The notes below the pieces were generated by a model. The model did not search any database. It saw only the letters and a program-made list of their open reading frames with translations, and was not told the DNA's origin. Of a stretch of 64,000 bases of DNA, positions 25,801-39,818 are shown one piece after another. Source of the DNA: Trichinella spiralis (Eukaryota); assembly GCF_000181795.1 (NCBI RefSeq), contig NW_003526948.1:9438-73437 (forward strand), in the 5' to 3' direction. The translations under genes and the position numbers were made by a program. The stretch's first letter is position 1. Every line of letters begins with the position of its first letter.

Positions 25801-28800
25801 ACAAAAATGTCTGGCTTATTTTTCTGCGTTTCTGTATTGAGTATGCAGTCTTGTTCGTCGTAATAGTACATCAGAGAGATGCATTTAAAATCAGATCCGG
25901 CTTCTTTTGGAGGACTAAATTCAATTTCAGATTAAAATGATGAAACGTTATCCAGGTATGCAAATTATAAAAGATAAAAACAGTGTTCAATTTAAATTAT
26001 CACAATAAATGAATTTACTTCAGGCATAAATCTTGACATTTAGTTACTGATGGCACGTTTTCGATGACAAATGCAGCATAACCAACCAAAAGTTGCTGTG
26101 GATATCGAATAAAGGATGGAAAAGAACGACACACTGATTTTGCTAAATAATAATAATAACATATATAAATAAAGATAAATTACATATATACATCGGTATG
26201 ATATTACTATTATAAATACATTATTATTGGTTGGTTGGTATGGATAGTTTCATATTTGTACAATTATGAATAAGCATTATTTCATGAAATTATATGCAAA
26301 TAAATGAAGTATTAAGCTTTAAGAATAGAAAAAGAATTTTGAGATTTGAAATTTTAAATAAATGTCTGTTTGAAAATTTTGACCACGATACTGTATATTT
26401 TTACCTGCATAACACTGCTTTTCATAATAGTCGAATCCGGCCTGTTCCACTAGTTTTGATCGACCCATTGGCTCTAAGCGATCATCTGACAAATGACATT
26501 TCTTTTCAGCCGCATTATAGCTGAATGATTTGCAATTGTAGTGTCCTTTCGGACCAATTCCGTGTGTGCATAAGTATGAGCAAGCTTGCAATGAATATCC
26601 ATGCAGTGTGATTCCTTGGTAAATTTTTGTATTTTCACTTTTTGTATATTGCATTACAGTATCTCCAGAACATGTAGCTAAAATTATAAAAGTTATTTAT
26701 TCAATTTAATTTCTAAGACTTATTACTGATTTACTTGTGATAAAGATTTTTTCAAATGCATGAGAAAAAATATACTGAAAAACTTATACTTGAAATTGAA
26801 ATATACTTACAACCGGCGCAGTTATTGTCAAAGTAGATTACGCTATCACTGGTTTCTTCAACGAATAAATCAGGACGTTGGAATCGAGTTTCAGTATTCA
26901 AAATGCAGTCTTTGTCGGCAGTGTAAAACATGGCTGAACGGCACTCGAATCCAAAGTTTTGGATGCTTTCAAGGCAACTCTTAAATTTTAAAATAACAAT
27001 TGGTAAATATTTCAAAAAGTTAAAAACCCGTACCTTCCAGCATTCGCTCACTGAAGCCGATGAAACTACTTGCTTTGCATATCCAACTAATATTTTTTGT
27101 GGCACCATTTCAAATGTATAAGGAGAAGTGCAGACATGGCTGGCTGAAAAATACAATAAAGTTAGTTACTGAGTATTTTCCAAACTGAAATTGTTAAGCA
27201 GTTACAAAACAAATTTCAAAAACATTGCTAATAAATGTACTTACATTCAACGCATGATTTCTGATAAAAGCTTGGTCCGGTAGAAGTTTGTAGCTGCTGA
27301 GATTGAAATTTGCTCACTAAACGGCACATTGATGCTTCACTATCATATTCATACCCAGCACAAGGAAATGAACCGTCAGAACTATCCTGAAATAATGGAT
27401 TCATAACAAGATCAAATTATCTACACCAAATAATAAACCTTGTTAGTTTCGCAAAAGTAGCTGCACTCTTCGATGGTTCTTCTACTTTCCGTGCGAACAA
27501 CATTTCCAGTGGAAAGCATTTTACCCATATGCAAAATAAACATCGGCTTAGCACCATTCAAGCATGATGTGATGGATGCTGAAATTTTGCAGATTTTAAA
27601 ATGCATTATACTAATGAAACTTCTGTCCATTTTGGATTATAAACTTCAGATTTATTTATTCCTAAAACCAGTTAATGGTGCGCATAATGATTTGTGGTCA
27701 GTATGGAATTTGTTTTTCATCTTTCAAACAGTTACTAAAAATTTTATTACTAAATGTTAGTCTCTTTGCTAAAGTGGGAGCGGAAATATTATTAGTTCAG
27801 AAAGAACAATAATTTAAGAAAAAAATTCACGCTAAAAATAGTATTCATGGGAATAACGGTAATTTTAAGGTTTTTTTTCATGTTTATCATTTCTGTAACA
27901 ATGAAAAAGACTTGAGACGTTTTTGACAAATCTTTAACTTGCTCAACAAAACTCTTTGCAACGTTTCAAATTCTTTTGAAGCAAACTGCAGGAAAGGTTA
28001 AAAGTTTACAAAAGACATCAAACATGGTCATTGACACAGCTGTGAATTGAAGGGGCATTTATCACTTTGACCTTACCAACAGCTGCACAGCCAGTACTTC
28101 CAGGCACTGCGTAATGTGATGAATTATCAAAATTACATCAGATAAAAAAAGCTAACTTCTGTATCGTGTTGCCAATGATCACAAATGATTTCGTTTATTG
28201 AAATTAAAGCTGTGAATATTTGACCACATCTATCATTGCAACGGCAGTTTTCACTGTGGATTTCGATAAAAAGTGAAACAATTTAAAGCATATCTTAAAC
28301 TTTTGTGAGGTTTTAGCCAGTTTACATTTAAATCTACTGTCGTTATTAGTCGAACCATTCAATAACTCTCAGTACTTTCGTTCTTCACATAATTAAGGTA
28401 TTATTAATTGGTCTGTTAGTTTATAACTAGAAAAAGCAATTCTGAATGTTGATAAGCAACTGTTTCCAAGCACAAACGCACTTAATCATTTTGCAGTAAA
28501 AACAGCGGAATAGTATTACTACTTTTGCATATGGTATGAAGCCAATGTCTTCAAAAAATGACAGCTCCATACGAAATGCGTAATTTTTATCTTTCCACTA
28601 AACAATGTTTACGCCATATTTGGCATGTCCGAAATTAGTGAGAATCCACTCATTAAGATGTTTTTGCGTGAAAATGAAAGAAAGGAATAATGCAAAATTT
28701 AAAAACTTGCTACCTGTCAGATGATAATTAAAACATTTTAACTTATCATACATATGAGTTTGGTTTATCATATTATAAGGAATACACAAAAAAGAACATA

Positions 28801-28928
28801 CGAATTTCATCGCTGAGCAAGGTAGTTGCCATGGCTTGAGTGTGAACATTGCTTGTTTGTGAATTAATTCCACTAAAAGATGCAAAAAGAGCGACAAAAA
28901 TAGCCAACAACTTCGTATAATCCCTCAT
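22850..28928 (-). CDS. noah-1: NOAH-1-like apical extracellular matrix protein: signal peptide, about 6 PAN/apple domains, ZP domain, furin site, C-terminal TM
   Basis: Signal exon MRDYTKLLAIFVALFASFSGINS (28928-28802) splices in frame to 27578. PAN repeats include PQKILVGYA..CRSAMFY...CILNTE..YFDNNCAG and PQQLLVGYAAFVIENVPSV. ZP motifs PFTGAVFVK, VQSNNLGIPGLVT, LIEDGCPT and QAFRFDGS. RRKR at 23402-23391, then a hydrophobic TM and TGA at 22852-22850. Confidence 0.85.
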
Positions 28929-28976
28929 CGTGATGGAGAAGTCCACCGCTGGGATGCTCAATAAGCGGCAGTGATA

Positions 28977-29000
28977 CAGCAGCAGCAGCAGCAGCAGCAG
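28977..29000. repeat. (CAG)8, read as (CTG)8 on the noah transcript strand just upstream of the ATG
   Basis: Read directly from the sequence. Confidence 0.9.
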
Positions 29001-31833
29001 TGAAGAGTTTTACTGATGGAGCACACAATGCAGATTCACTATTTCTGCTGAACTGATTAGTCTTATTAAAAGTAAAGAAAGTTAAATGTTTATAAAAGAC
29101 ACGGGATGTGGTCATTGACACATCGTCGTCTTGCAGGAACATTCCATTACCTTGACCCGTTCGGTGGTTTCATCGGTCACACTTCCAGGCACTGCACAGC
29201 ATAACGCATCCGAGCGAGTCAATGTCAACTAAATCGAAACATGCATTACTGAGCTTCTGTTTTTACTGGTTTGAATTTTCGATGGAAAATATGTTTTTTT
29301 CTCTTCTTTCAACTGGAACACAGAACAAATTCATCTGTTAATGAGTCACCTCTTATTAACAACTACGCATTTTGTTCGTCAGTTTTAAAAAGAGATCCAT
29401 TGAACTTTAAGTGCTAATTGTCTGTTCTTACAGTATCATGTTCCTAAAAAAACAAGAAGCAAATAAACTGAAATGAAATTGTTGTATTTTCGCATATTTT
29501 TTAATCTTAATGTACTGAAAGTTTAAACAAAGTTTTAGAGAGGTGGAATATGATTAGAAATTACAAAAAAAAACAACATCAGATTAATTTGTGACAAACA
29601 ATTAATTGTACACAGCTCTCTTCAAAATAACATTTCATTATTTTTCAAAATGCAATACAAAATATGGAAAAATTAAAAAAGTTTTCGAACAAATTTGCAA
29701 GACTTAATTCGATCTGATTGCCAGATTTTTGAAAATTCAAAGAAATATTTTCTGTTACAAATTTAAATATCAACAATATTAAAATGGTCCGTTGAAATTA
29801 TTCATTCTGTTGGTTATCAAATATCTGAATCTCATTAATTTCTTTTTCTCTTCAAAGAGTGGAGATCAAGCGGAGACGTCGTTTTCAAATTGCAGGGACA
29901 GTTTATTGAAACTGATTGGAATTTTCAATCTGTCCCCTACAGCTGTGGCGATACCCTGAAACTACATTGCAGAGTTCAATCTTAATCAAATTGTTCAAGA
30001 TGAGCAATTATGCGATTGAATTATTTCCAATCGAAATATTGGTTGCCTTAATTGGTAAACAATGAAATGATTGCACAAGGTTGCCAACACAGCCTTGGCA
30101 CAATCACCCATGATGACTGGAAAATGGGAAATGGGTTATATGACGTTTCATTTGCTCAAGCGGTGTTTGACCTCTTGCCAAAATAAATTCTGTTTACGTA
30201 TTTATAAAGCAAATTTTGTGAACACATCCTCAATTTTGCTTTCTAAAAAAATGCATACGTTGTAAAACTTTTCTTCAGTACAAAATAATAGATCGATCAG
30301 TGGTAGGTCGAATGATACAAATTGATGATTTCTATTTCATTTTAAATAACTTTCATTAAATTCAACTGTCATCTGACACGTAAAAATAATTTTCAAAAAA
30401 AATCAATTACTGACATGATGAACATTTAAATAATATTAACGAAATCATCTAATTTCTTGTTTAAAACAAAATCATAACCATGAATTAACCGCTTGCTTAT
30501 TCACGGCTTTATTCAAGCAGCTCTATCCTGAATAAGAAGAGTGAATTCTCTTGAAAATAATACATCCCATCTCGACAACTCAAATTAATAAATTTCCCAA
30601 TAAAACAGATACATAATTTCATGCAGTTCATAAGTTTGCTCAAAAAACAACAAAGCAACAGCCACCAATTAAATAAATAAATTAATTAACCTCTGACATC
30701 AGTGGTAAAGACGTTTGTATAAATTTCAGGACCAAAATATTCAGAAAAACGTGGAAAAGGTAATGGGATTTTCTTTCCAGGTGCATCAAAAAGCAATGAG
30801 CATGATAATACAGAACAAGAATAAACAAAGCAATCTTTACAAACATATATATATTTATTAAATATATTTTTCAGCAGGCAATACTGCTATATCACAATCA
30901 ACAAGCACGGAAAACACTAGAACAATAACATCCAGAAAGTAGACTCCAAGTGAAAGTAGACTAACTTCAACCGATACATTACACAGAATTACAAAAGAAG
31001 CTATGATGAAAATTTTTAGAAAGGCACTGAAATCAACAAATGTTGAATTCAAAAAAAAAATTACAAAAATCGTGGAAAAAAACAGAAAACTTTTCGCTTT
31101 TCTGTAGAAGGATAAATAACTAAACAAAATTAGCATTGTCTACTCAAGTAAGTATTGCAATGAATAAAAAACATACACAAGTGTGAGTAGAAAGCATAAA
31201 ACAATCTTCATCCAAGATGACTGTTTTTCACTTGGATCAGTAGCCTTTATCTAATGATAAAAAATAAAAATATTGAAGCAGGAACTATATTGTGAAAGTT
31301 ACCTCTATATACAAATACTATCAAAAAAGAAAAAGAAAAAATTAAAATAAAAAAAAACAAATCACTGCAGCATAGATTAAAGTGTAGAAAAAGTTTAAAA
31401 ACTCACTGCTGAAAAAAAATGATAAAATGCTTCTACATGTCACCTTAAGCACCGAAGAAATACTGCTCTAACGACTGGGACAAATGAAACAGAATGTTAA
31501 AATAAACGAATAAATTTTACCTCACAAATAAATATTATAGGGGAATATTGTACATAATAATCAAAAATAAAATTTCCTTCAAATTTTGAAAAGCAAAGTC
31601 AACTTAAAAATGAGCCGGAAAAAAAGAATTCATGCACTTTTTTCGAAAATATTTGCTAAGAGACAATAATAACATGAATATTGAAGCGCATAAAAACAAA
31701 GAACAGCGGCAAATGCACACTTCATAATAATAATAATAATAATAACATGAATATCAATATATTATTCAAAAAAATATAAGAAAAACTACTTAGGAGAAAT
31801 ATGTACAAATTTGCTTTTCCAACAACTGCGCAT

Positions 31834-34800
31834 TCAGGGATCAGTTCGAGTTCCTTCGCTTCCACCTTCAACTGATTTCTCATTGTATGGCTAAAGCAAA
31901 AAACAAGCACTTTACAATTCCTATAAACAACAATGATAATAATAATAATGGCAATATTATAATCATAACAATAAATAGACATTATATGCAAGCAGATGAT
32001 TTGTTCTCGTTAAATAAAAAGCGCACATTTAACAACAAATTGACAACTATTTTACACACAACAACGTTTTCAAAAATGTAAAAACAAATTTTTACTGCGC
32101 ATAAAATTTCTGGTGCTGCTCTGGCAACTGCTTGCAAAATTGTGGACGTCCCTTTGACGTGGGGACTCTGTGAAAGCTTAATGAACTCTTCACGACTATA
32201 GTACCGAATCTGGTGACTGTTATCTTCTAAAAAGTCAAATTACATATATATGCAAGCTACTGATGTCAAAATTTTGCTTAATCATAATACCGGAACAGAT
32301 TTTTTTTATTGCTACGTTTACGACAAAATAATTATAAAATAAAAAATCAACACACTCATTATCTGATTGCTAAAAAATGATTATTCGTTATTTTACCTTG
32401 AATGCATGTTAAACGAGTACGGTCCAATCTGGACACTGTTTCGCCATTTATATCTACCTGTTGAATAAAAAACATTAATTAGCAACATATTGAAAGAACA
32501 TAAGCCAAGTATAATCAAATATACAAAACCAATGACATTGTCATTTAAATAAATGTCCAATTTAAACTAAAAAAATGGTTTTAGCATCACTGATAATAGG
32601 AATTGAAAAACAACTCTCTTTTATTTCAAATTCTAATGAAATTACTTCAAAACATTAAAAAGTCTATACATTTACTAGATGGTAACATGATCGAACTAGC
32701 TTCAAACTGGAAATAAATTACAATGAATATAAGAGCAAATCACGCTACTTTACAACCAACAGATCCAACGCAGTTATTCATTTCACAATTTAAGTTCATC
32801 TCTCCAAACTTATCTGCCAAATTTGGAGTGCTACGAGCAGACAATAGCTTCTGTTGCGTGCTCATATTTCCACCAATGTAAGATCTAGGCATAAGAAAAG
32901 AAAAAGTTACAAAGTTATAGAAGAATTAATAATTGGAAATAAATTATTTTTTCTTCTCACGTGATATTTTCTTGGATAAGATCCTTTTCCAATTCAGGAA
33001 CGGTTTCCATTATGAGATTTTTTAAATTTTCATTTAAAGATGACAAAGATTTTCGACGATTGAAGCTCCACGATGAATTATTATGTCTTTCTAAATTTCT
33101 AGAACTATTCTGCTCATGGTTACCCTAGAAAGAAAGCAATTGTTTCAATCAGCTAATTTTACTTCGAAAAAAAATTTGAATAAAATTCTGATACTCTCTG
33201 AGATTTAAAGTAAACATCCAGCGCCTTACGAGCAGTCTGCAAAAGCTTCGGATTTGCGCTAATTAATTTCAACATCTCACCGTTATCTCCAGTCATAATT
33301 TCCATTTCAGATTCTCTTTTTGAGTTGCGCAATTTCACGTTTCCTACGTGCTCTTCTGAACCGGAGCGAATTATTCCTGAACATGTGCCTCCACGATGCA
33401 CCACCTAAACGTATGAAGAAAACTTGAATAAATAAATAAATATATATATACATATATTTATTTCCAATAATTTTCATACTTTGCCTGGTGACAAATTCTG
33501 ACGATTATCCACGCTACCAGTTTCTGACGACTAAAGTGCCAGTGTATTATAATGTTTGTGAAAGGCGCCAAAAGGCTGATTACCTTAGCTCGATCAGGTG
33601 AAACATTTCGTCTAATAGTTTCTTCGATTAAACTTGTTGCTAATTCGATCGCTTCTTCATTCGGACCGTTGATAGTAATTGTTCTATCTTTACTATTTGG
33701 AGTTACTGAAAAGCCAATACATGACGTGCAACCTTTCCGAATTATGGAATATAATCTAACGATGTAAAATGTTTTCTTACCCTTCTGAAATGAGACAATA
33801 GTGTTGCTCATTTCCTCTATTACGGCAACACGTCTTCCTTTCACTCCCATTACTAAAAGAGTTAAAATCACATTTTTTACAAATTTATTACAAAACGAAA
33901 TGGAATTTTATTTCGCTATTGAATTTTAAACACACGCTTTCTCAAATATTTAAATGACAAACCTTTTCCAGAATCTGCATTACGTATTACTATATCAGAT
34001 CGGCATAGATTCTTTCCAGAAGATCTACAAACAATAAAGTACAACTTTAACAAACCCAAACTGAAAAAAACTGATGTGTACTAATTACTTCAAAGGACGA
34101 TTCGGTTTTGAAGTTGTTTTTGAAACCATTTTGTTACTTGTTAACGGTGGACTAGGATTATTTATCGGAGTGCCTTTCTGATAAATATTAGGATGGCTAA
34201 GTCCAGATGCAAGCGGTTTGGTAGCAATTGCTGGTGCAATAACATTCGCAGTTGGAGAGATGAATGCAATGCCAGTTTGAGGATGCGACAAAGGTGAAGC
34301 TGGTATGAGAAAATACGGCGTCGCACCTGCCATAGCAGGAGTAGCTGAAACTAAACCAACAGGCTGTACTTATTAATCAAATCATTTGCCAATAAAAGTA
34401 AATGCATTTGTTACGACTGCTCAAATCTGCCGTAGATGCAATCTGAGCGCCACCAGGAAAGTTGAAAGCAAATGGATTAATGGTAACTGTCCCAAACGGC
34501 GGAGCAGATTCAGGAGCAGTCGGCAAATGATCAGTCTCATTTGTGGCAGCATTTTCGTTGTAATTGAGATCCTGATTTGCAATCGATCCACACGATCGTT
34601 TCATATAATACCTTGAATGAGCCAAGTTTGGCCGCCAACCCATAGCTCGAAACTCAATCAATTCCATAATTTCCAAACGACACATCGTTCCTAGCTGTCC
34701 GCTGTCACGGCAACAAGCTTGACGAAGAGATATAAAGACATTATTCAATTCTTCTAAAAAATGCATTTAAATAACTTTTTATAATAATGATTTAAACATC

Positions 34801-36881
34801 CTTCGTTACACACATTATGCAAGTGCATATCTTTATGAAATAGTAAAAGCTTTCCGAGAAATGCAATAAATTAATTTCTGCATACAAACAAAATGTCATT
34901 ATTTAAATACAGCATTGTTTGAGAATCTATAGCGAGCAGCACGTTGGTGCTTACGAAAAGTACTCACGTTGGTGGGAATTTTCCATGGATGAGCCGTACT
35001 TCTTCAACTGGGTAATTAAGCGCAAAATCTGAGTTCCCAAGAATGCGCTAAATTCTCCACCCTTCACCGCTCTGTTGACTTGCTCCATCAAGTCTAATAT
35101 TTCCACTAAAAACAATACAATAGTTTTATAATTGTAAAATGGCGGATTTAGCTGATTTATAACTGACAATACAAGTTGAACTGAAATTACAAGGAGGAAT
35201 TTGAACATATTTACTGAATTATTTTTCATACTAATATTTTAAATAATTTCACGACTGTTTAATAGCCAGTAAGTGACTGATTAACTATTCACTGTTGATG
35301 CAAACAAGAAAATCGTTTTTCCTGATTATTATTCTTCAATGCAATTCATTCGAACATTCTTTAATTTTACGCTGCGTAAACATAAACTAACAACACAGTG
35401 AGTCATTCTCTTGAACATTTGCTTCCCTGTCAAACATTTGAAACATAACAATTTAGCAAAACAAAACAGGAAATAGCATATCACTTACAAACGCAAATGC
35501 GCAACAATACAAACTATTTATTACGTAAATGCAAAAAAGCAAGCATTTCGATTGCCTGCCATTCAACTGCTACTTTCTGTCATCTTCTGAAAGAAGTTCT
35601 GCTCAGTGCAGAAAATCCTAATAAATGAAAAATTAGATTCGATTCATTTTTTACATAAAATATTCTGTTTTAAAAGCCTTAATTTCATACACAAATATCA
35701 CTTGCAAATCACTGTTTCCTATGGTAGGAAATGCATAAAAAACATATCATTGTCAGCACTGAAAGATATTCCAAGCTTAAATTTTGATTTCACTTCAATT
35801 ACGGAACAATAAATGATCGAATAAACAAGTAGCCTGCATTTGCTAAGATAATAAAAACAAAGAAACAACAAAGTTCTCCATTTCATGTCAGCTAATTTGT
35901 ACTAGTCATTAAATATAATGCCAAACCATGATGCAACTTCTAACAGTGAGCAGAAATTCAACAGAGAAATTGCAAAAACACAAATCAGCATCGAAATTAA
36001 TTCCACACCTTTTGAAGCGTAATTATATTGCATAAATTAGTAATCCTGTTATAAATTACAAATTGATGAATGTGATGATGATATGTGTGCATATCATTAA
36101 TTTTTCTTCGCAATGAAAACTGAATAGTCGTGAAAAATCATTTCTACTAAAGTTTAGTTTCAGAACAAAATTTCACTTCAGATGATTGATACGTAATTTG
36201 CATTAGAAAATGCACATAAGAAATCAGCGTGGACATGAACAAATAAAGATTTGGTTGGGGAAAAAAACAAAGAAATATAACTTGTCATAAAAAACAGTAA
36301 GAATGAATGATTACAGTAATAAATTGGAAAATTATATCACAAATTGAACATCTTAAAACTACTTTAAATAAATTTAATAAATTGCTCTAAAAAAATAAAT
36401 AAATAAATGAAAATCAGTCAACAATAGCAAGTAATGTTTGTTTGTTTGACTTACACAATGACATATCGTCAGTAGTTACCGGTGTGGATGTCGTACTGTA
36501 ATGGTATTCGTTGTAACGATTTCCTCGAGCTGTACTATTTATAGATAATTCCAGTGGGCGAGGCTTTGTTCTAGTGTTGTTAATGTTGTTGGTGGTGTTG
36601 TTGCCACCACTGCTACCACTGCTGGTGTTGGTGATGTTGCTGTTGGCGTTGGTATTATTAGTTTTGTTAGTACTGTCACTGGTTGGAGCAACGTTCACAA
36701 AGTGCGCATTGCCAAGAACGGCCGCTCCGGGTTGTGCATTAACGCGAACACCACGGCCGCTATTGTTACTTGGTAAATTCGAAACATGGCTATTATTATT
36801 CGTATGGATCGTTGCGTTCACGTTCGGATTTGTTACAGCAACGCTGCTGTTCGGATTATTCGTCGCCGCCGAAGCAGACAT
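31834..36881 (-). CDS. mxt: eIF4E-binding protein Mextli homologue (MIF4G-like domain, KH domain, C-terminal 4E-binding motif)
   Basis: N/T/S-rich N-terminus with PRPL. Helical domain LKKYGSSME...NVFISLRQACCRD...CRLEIMELIEFRAMGW. KH domain IRNADSGK.MGVKGRRVAVIEEMSNTIVSFQK...LIEETIRRNVSP. C-terminal YSREEFIKLSQSP...APEIL. The last exon ends TGA at 31836-31834. Confidence 0.88.
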
Positions 36882-39791
36882 ATTCGCAGCCGTTGGATTC
36901 TTGAACGGCACCTCGATCAAAAATGCTAAAAATTGAAATCAAAATTCACAAATCACTGAAAACAACAGTAGAACTTGGCAACAGACAACGCAACAAATTT
37001 AAACATATATCCTGAAGTGAAAATACGCCGCGCCGGTTATGCGTGCGTGGATCAGAATATGAGCGCTTTGGTGACGAAGCTGTGACGAGAAGCCACTGCT
37101 CATCACCTAAGCCAAACAACCGACTAGCCTATGTTCTCTGCATTCCGCAGCCACGTCAGACGACGTTTCACAATTTTCGGCCTGCCCCCAAGTGATGTGC
37201 AAACATTCTTGATGATTAATCTAGTTGCGCTTGCAAAATGGTTACAACTACAGACACAGACACAGAGCAGCAGCGGGTCGCGTTTCGTTCAACGCAAAAC
37301 AGAACAGAGCTGCTGACAGGAAGGTGTAAATGTGAAATATAAAAGAAAAGAAAAAAACCAAATCTTTTTCTCTGCTCACTACCTATCTCGATGCGTTTCT
37401 TGTTATTCTGAAATTATTCTGAAATAATTAATGACATTACAGCAATGGAAAATTTAACGAAAACAAATGATAGATTAGTGACGCGAAAATGAATGACAAT
37501 TCTGAATTAATATTACAAAAAATACTGCACAAGTAGAACGCATAATGCTAAATTCAACCGATTCGTAATGCTAATTGCTTGAGCAAACAACGTAGCCAAC
37601 AATTTCCTTTAAAACAAGCTGAAATTAAATGCATCAACGGACAAGTTCAGCTGAATCATAATATTTGCCTAGAAACACCGGAAATGTGATCGTTTTAATT
37701 TATTACTGAAGATGTAGAGCATGCGGAAAAAATATCTCTTTATTCACTTTTTTCGATCGCATGAAAAAAACTACTTTTCAACATTCACCAAAAGCCGATG
37801 ATGAAAGATATGGAGCTTTGTAAAAAAATTGAAGGCTGTGAACAAATGTTCAGCAGTTCGAAAAGGATTAAACTGATCACGTCAATGATGTAGTGCTCAC
37901 CAAATTTTTTTACTCTTTCATACGAGATCATAATCTGAAAATGAATAAGCAACGCAAAACGGAATAGGCATAATAATAACCTAGCTCGCTTGCTAGCTAG
38001 CTAATGCCTCAGAGATCATCTAACGACAAACTGATCAACTAACGGCGATTATTATTTGCTTATTAACGAGCAATGCTATTATTAAACGGAAAAAGCGTCC
38101 GTTTTCGGTCTGAAATGAACTGTTAATATTATAATATTTACTTTTCGACGGGCTTTCTCTTTGCGAAACTAGAACTTCAATAACGCATAAAATGGGCAAT
38201 TGATTGCAAGCAAAAAGCAACTTCTATTATCCGAATTAGAAGAAGAGGAAACAGAGAAATTGTTTATTTTAATTTCAAAAATTACATATTTTATGATTAA
38301 AAATTACGAAACGAAAAAAACAACTAATACAATGAAAATGTGTGAAAAAGAGTTCAGTTTGATTTGTTACAACGCCCTTTCAAGCAGAAAATAAGCTCTG
38401 ATGCTTTCCATTCAATTCGAAATTTAGCTAGTTAAAATTGAAAAAAAGAGAAAAAGAAAAACCCATGCGCATGATAAAAGCAAAGTAGTCTGCTTGACAA
38501 TGAGGTAAAATAATTTAATTTTGTATGCAACTTTTCATAATTTATAATTACTTCACGTAAGAACATTCTTAATAAGAGATTAGAATTGTCAGTAATTTCA
38601 ACGCACATATTAGAACTTTGAATGGTAGATATCTGTGAACGGAAACGGTTGAACAGTTTTATCGTGATTGTAAAAATGAGCGCAATAAATTTACCTAGCC
38701 AACAAGCAAAGTAAAGTGCAAATTAATACCATGGCACCACAATATGCTCGAATTATTGTGACAGGCTTGTGAAGAACGTGATAAAGTAGAATATATGTAA
38801 TAAAAGTGTAAAAGTTAAAAAGTGAATAACAAACTTTGAACGCAGTAAATCTATCATGTGCCTATAATTGAAATGAATGCAGCTGTTCAATGTAAGTTAT
38901 TTTCCAACAGGTCACTGAAAATACCTCCAAAACGGATGCTTCGCCATGTAAAATTACTTTCACTGCAAAAATAACCAAGTCAAACAATATTACAAATTAT
39001 CACACGGATCGAGATTATGATGATCATCAATTATTACAAGTTGAATAAAAATGGACAAACTCTCATTGAAAACCAGTCAAACAAACTTCCTTATAATAAA
39101 TCATACTGAATTAATTTGAACGAAGCTTCATTTGGAGAAAATTGCATCAATATTTACATAAAAGTATCAACCTGACTGAATCAGCATGTAACAATCGCAT
39201 GCTCAATTCAATGCAAACAAAAGCTGCGCTTTGAAGGACTAGAATGCTGGGTTTTTCAATATTTTTCTCGAGAAGAATGTAGAAAATTTTTTGACAAATT
39301 CTAATTTTATTATTCCTATTATTATTACTGCTGCTGCAGAGATAAAGCAGTTGCTTCAGTGAAAGCTTATCATTTTCACTTGCTCACTGTCCATGCGATG
39401 CAAACGATTCCAAACTGCTGTTCGGAATTGTCAACGCTTCGAAAGCGAAATGCACGTTGAAGAGAACCAAAAAAAAATATGCACACATTTCAACACTGAA
39501 AAGGTCACTGTAGAAGAAACCATCATAAATAGCAACGATGTGATCCAAATTTTTAAATGTGCATATATTATGACAGCAATAGCACAAATGCGCATAATTT
39601 ATTCGATCTGGAGAATTGTACATTGCAAATGTTCAACTAAAAAGCATTTCAAGCAAACTGACCAACTTGCATGCATTTGCAATAGGAACAGCAACAATGA
39701 AAAAAACAAACGCGCAATGCTTGACGGTCGGTCTATTTTTACGACATAAAGAACAAATAAAAATCCCTTTGGACAAAAAATTGCTAATGTG

Positions 39792-39818
39792 AAACAAACA
39801 AACAAACAAACAAACAAA
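39792..39818. repeat. (AAAC)n microsatellite
   Basis: Read directly from the sequence. Confidence 0.85.

Noticed and set aside
28873..29142. 89-aa upstream ORF with poly-Ala overlapping the noah start
   Set aside because: The poly-Ala is just the CTG repeat. A probable splice acceptor near 29050 would remove its ATG from the mature mRNA.
11540..36881. Apparent functional cluster of RNA metabolism genes (PDE12, UPF1, Mextli)
   Set aside because: Mixed orientation, an intervening cuticle gene and different cellular compartments make coincidence the simpler explanation.
36574..36936. Very hydrophobic 120-aa plus-strand ORF
   Set aside because: It is the antisense shadow of the Asn/Thr-rich Mextli first exon.
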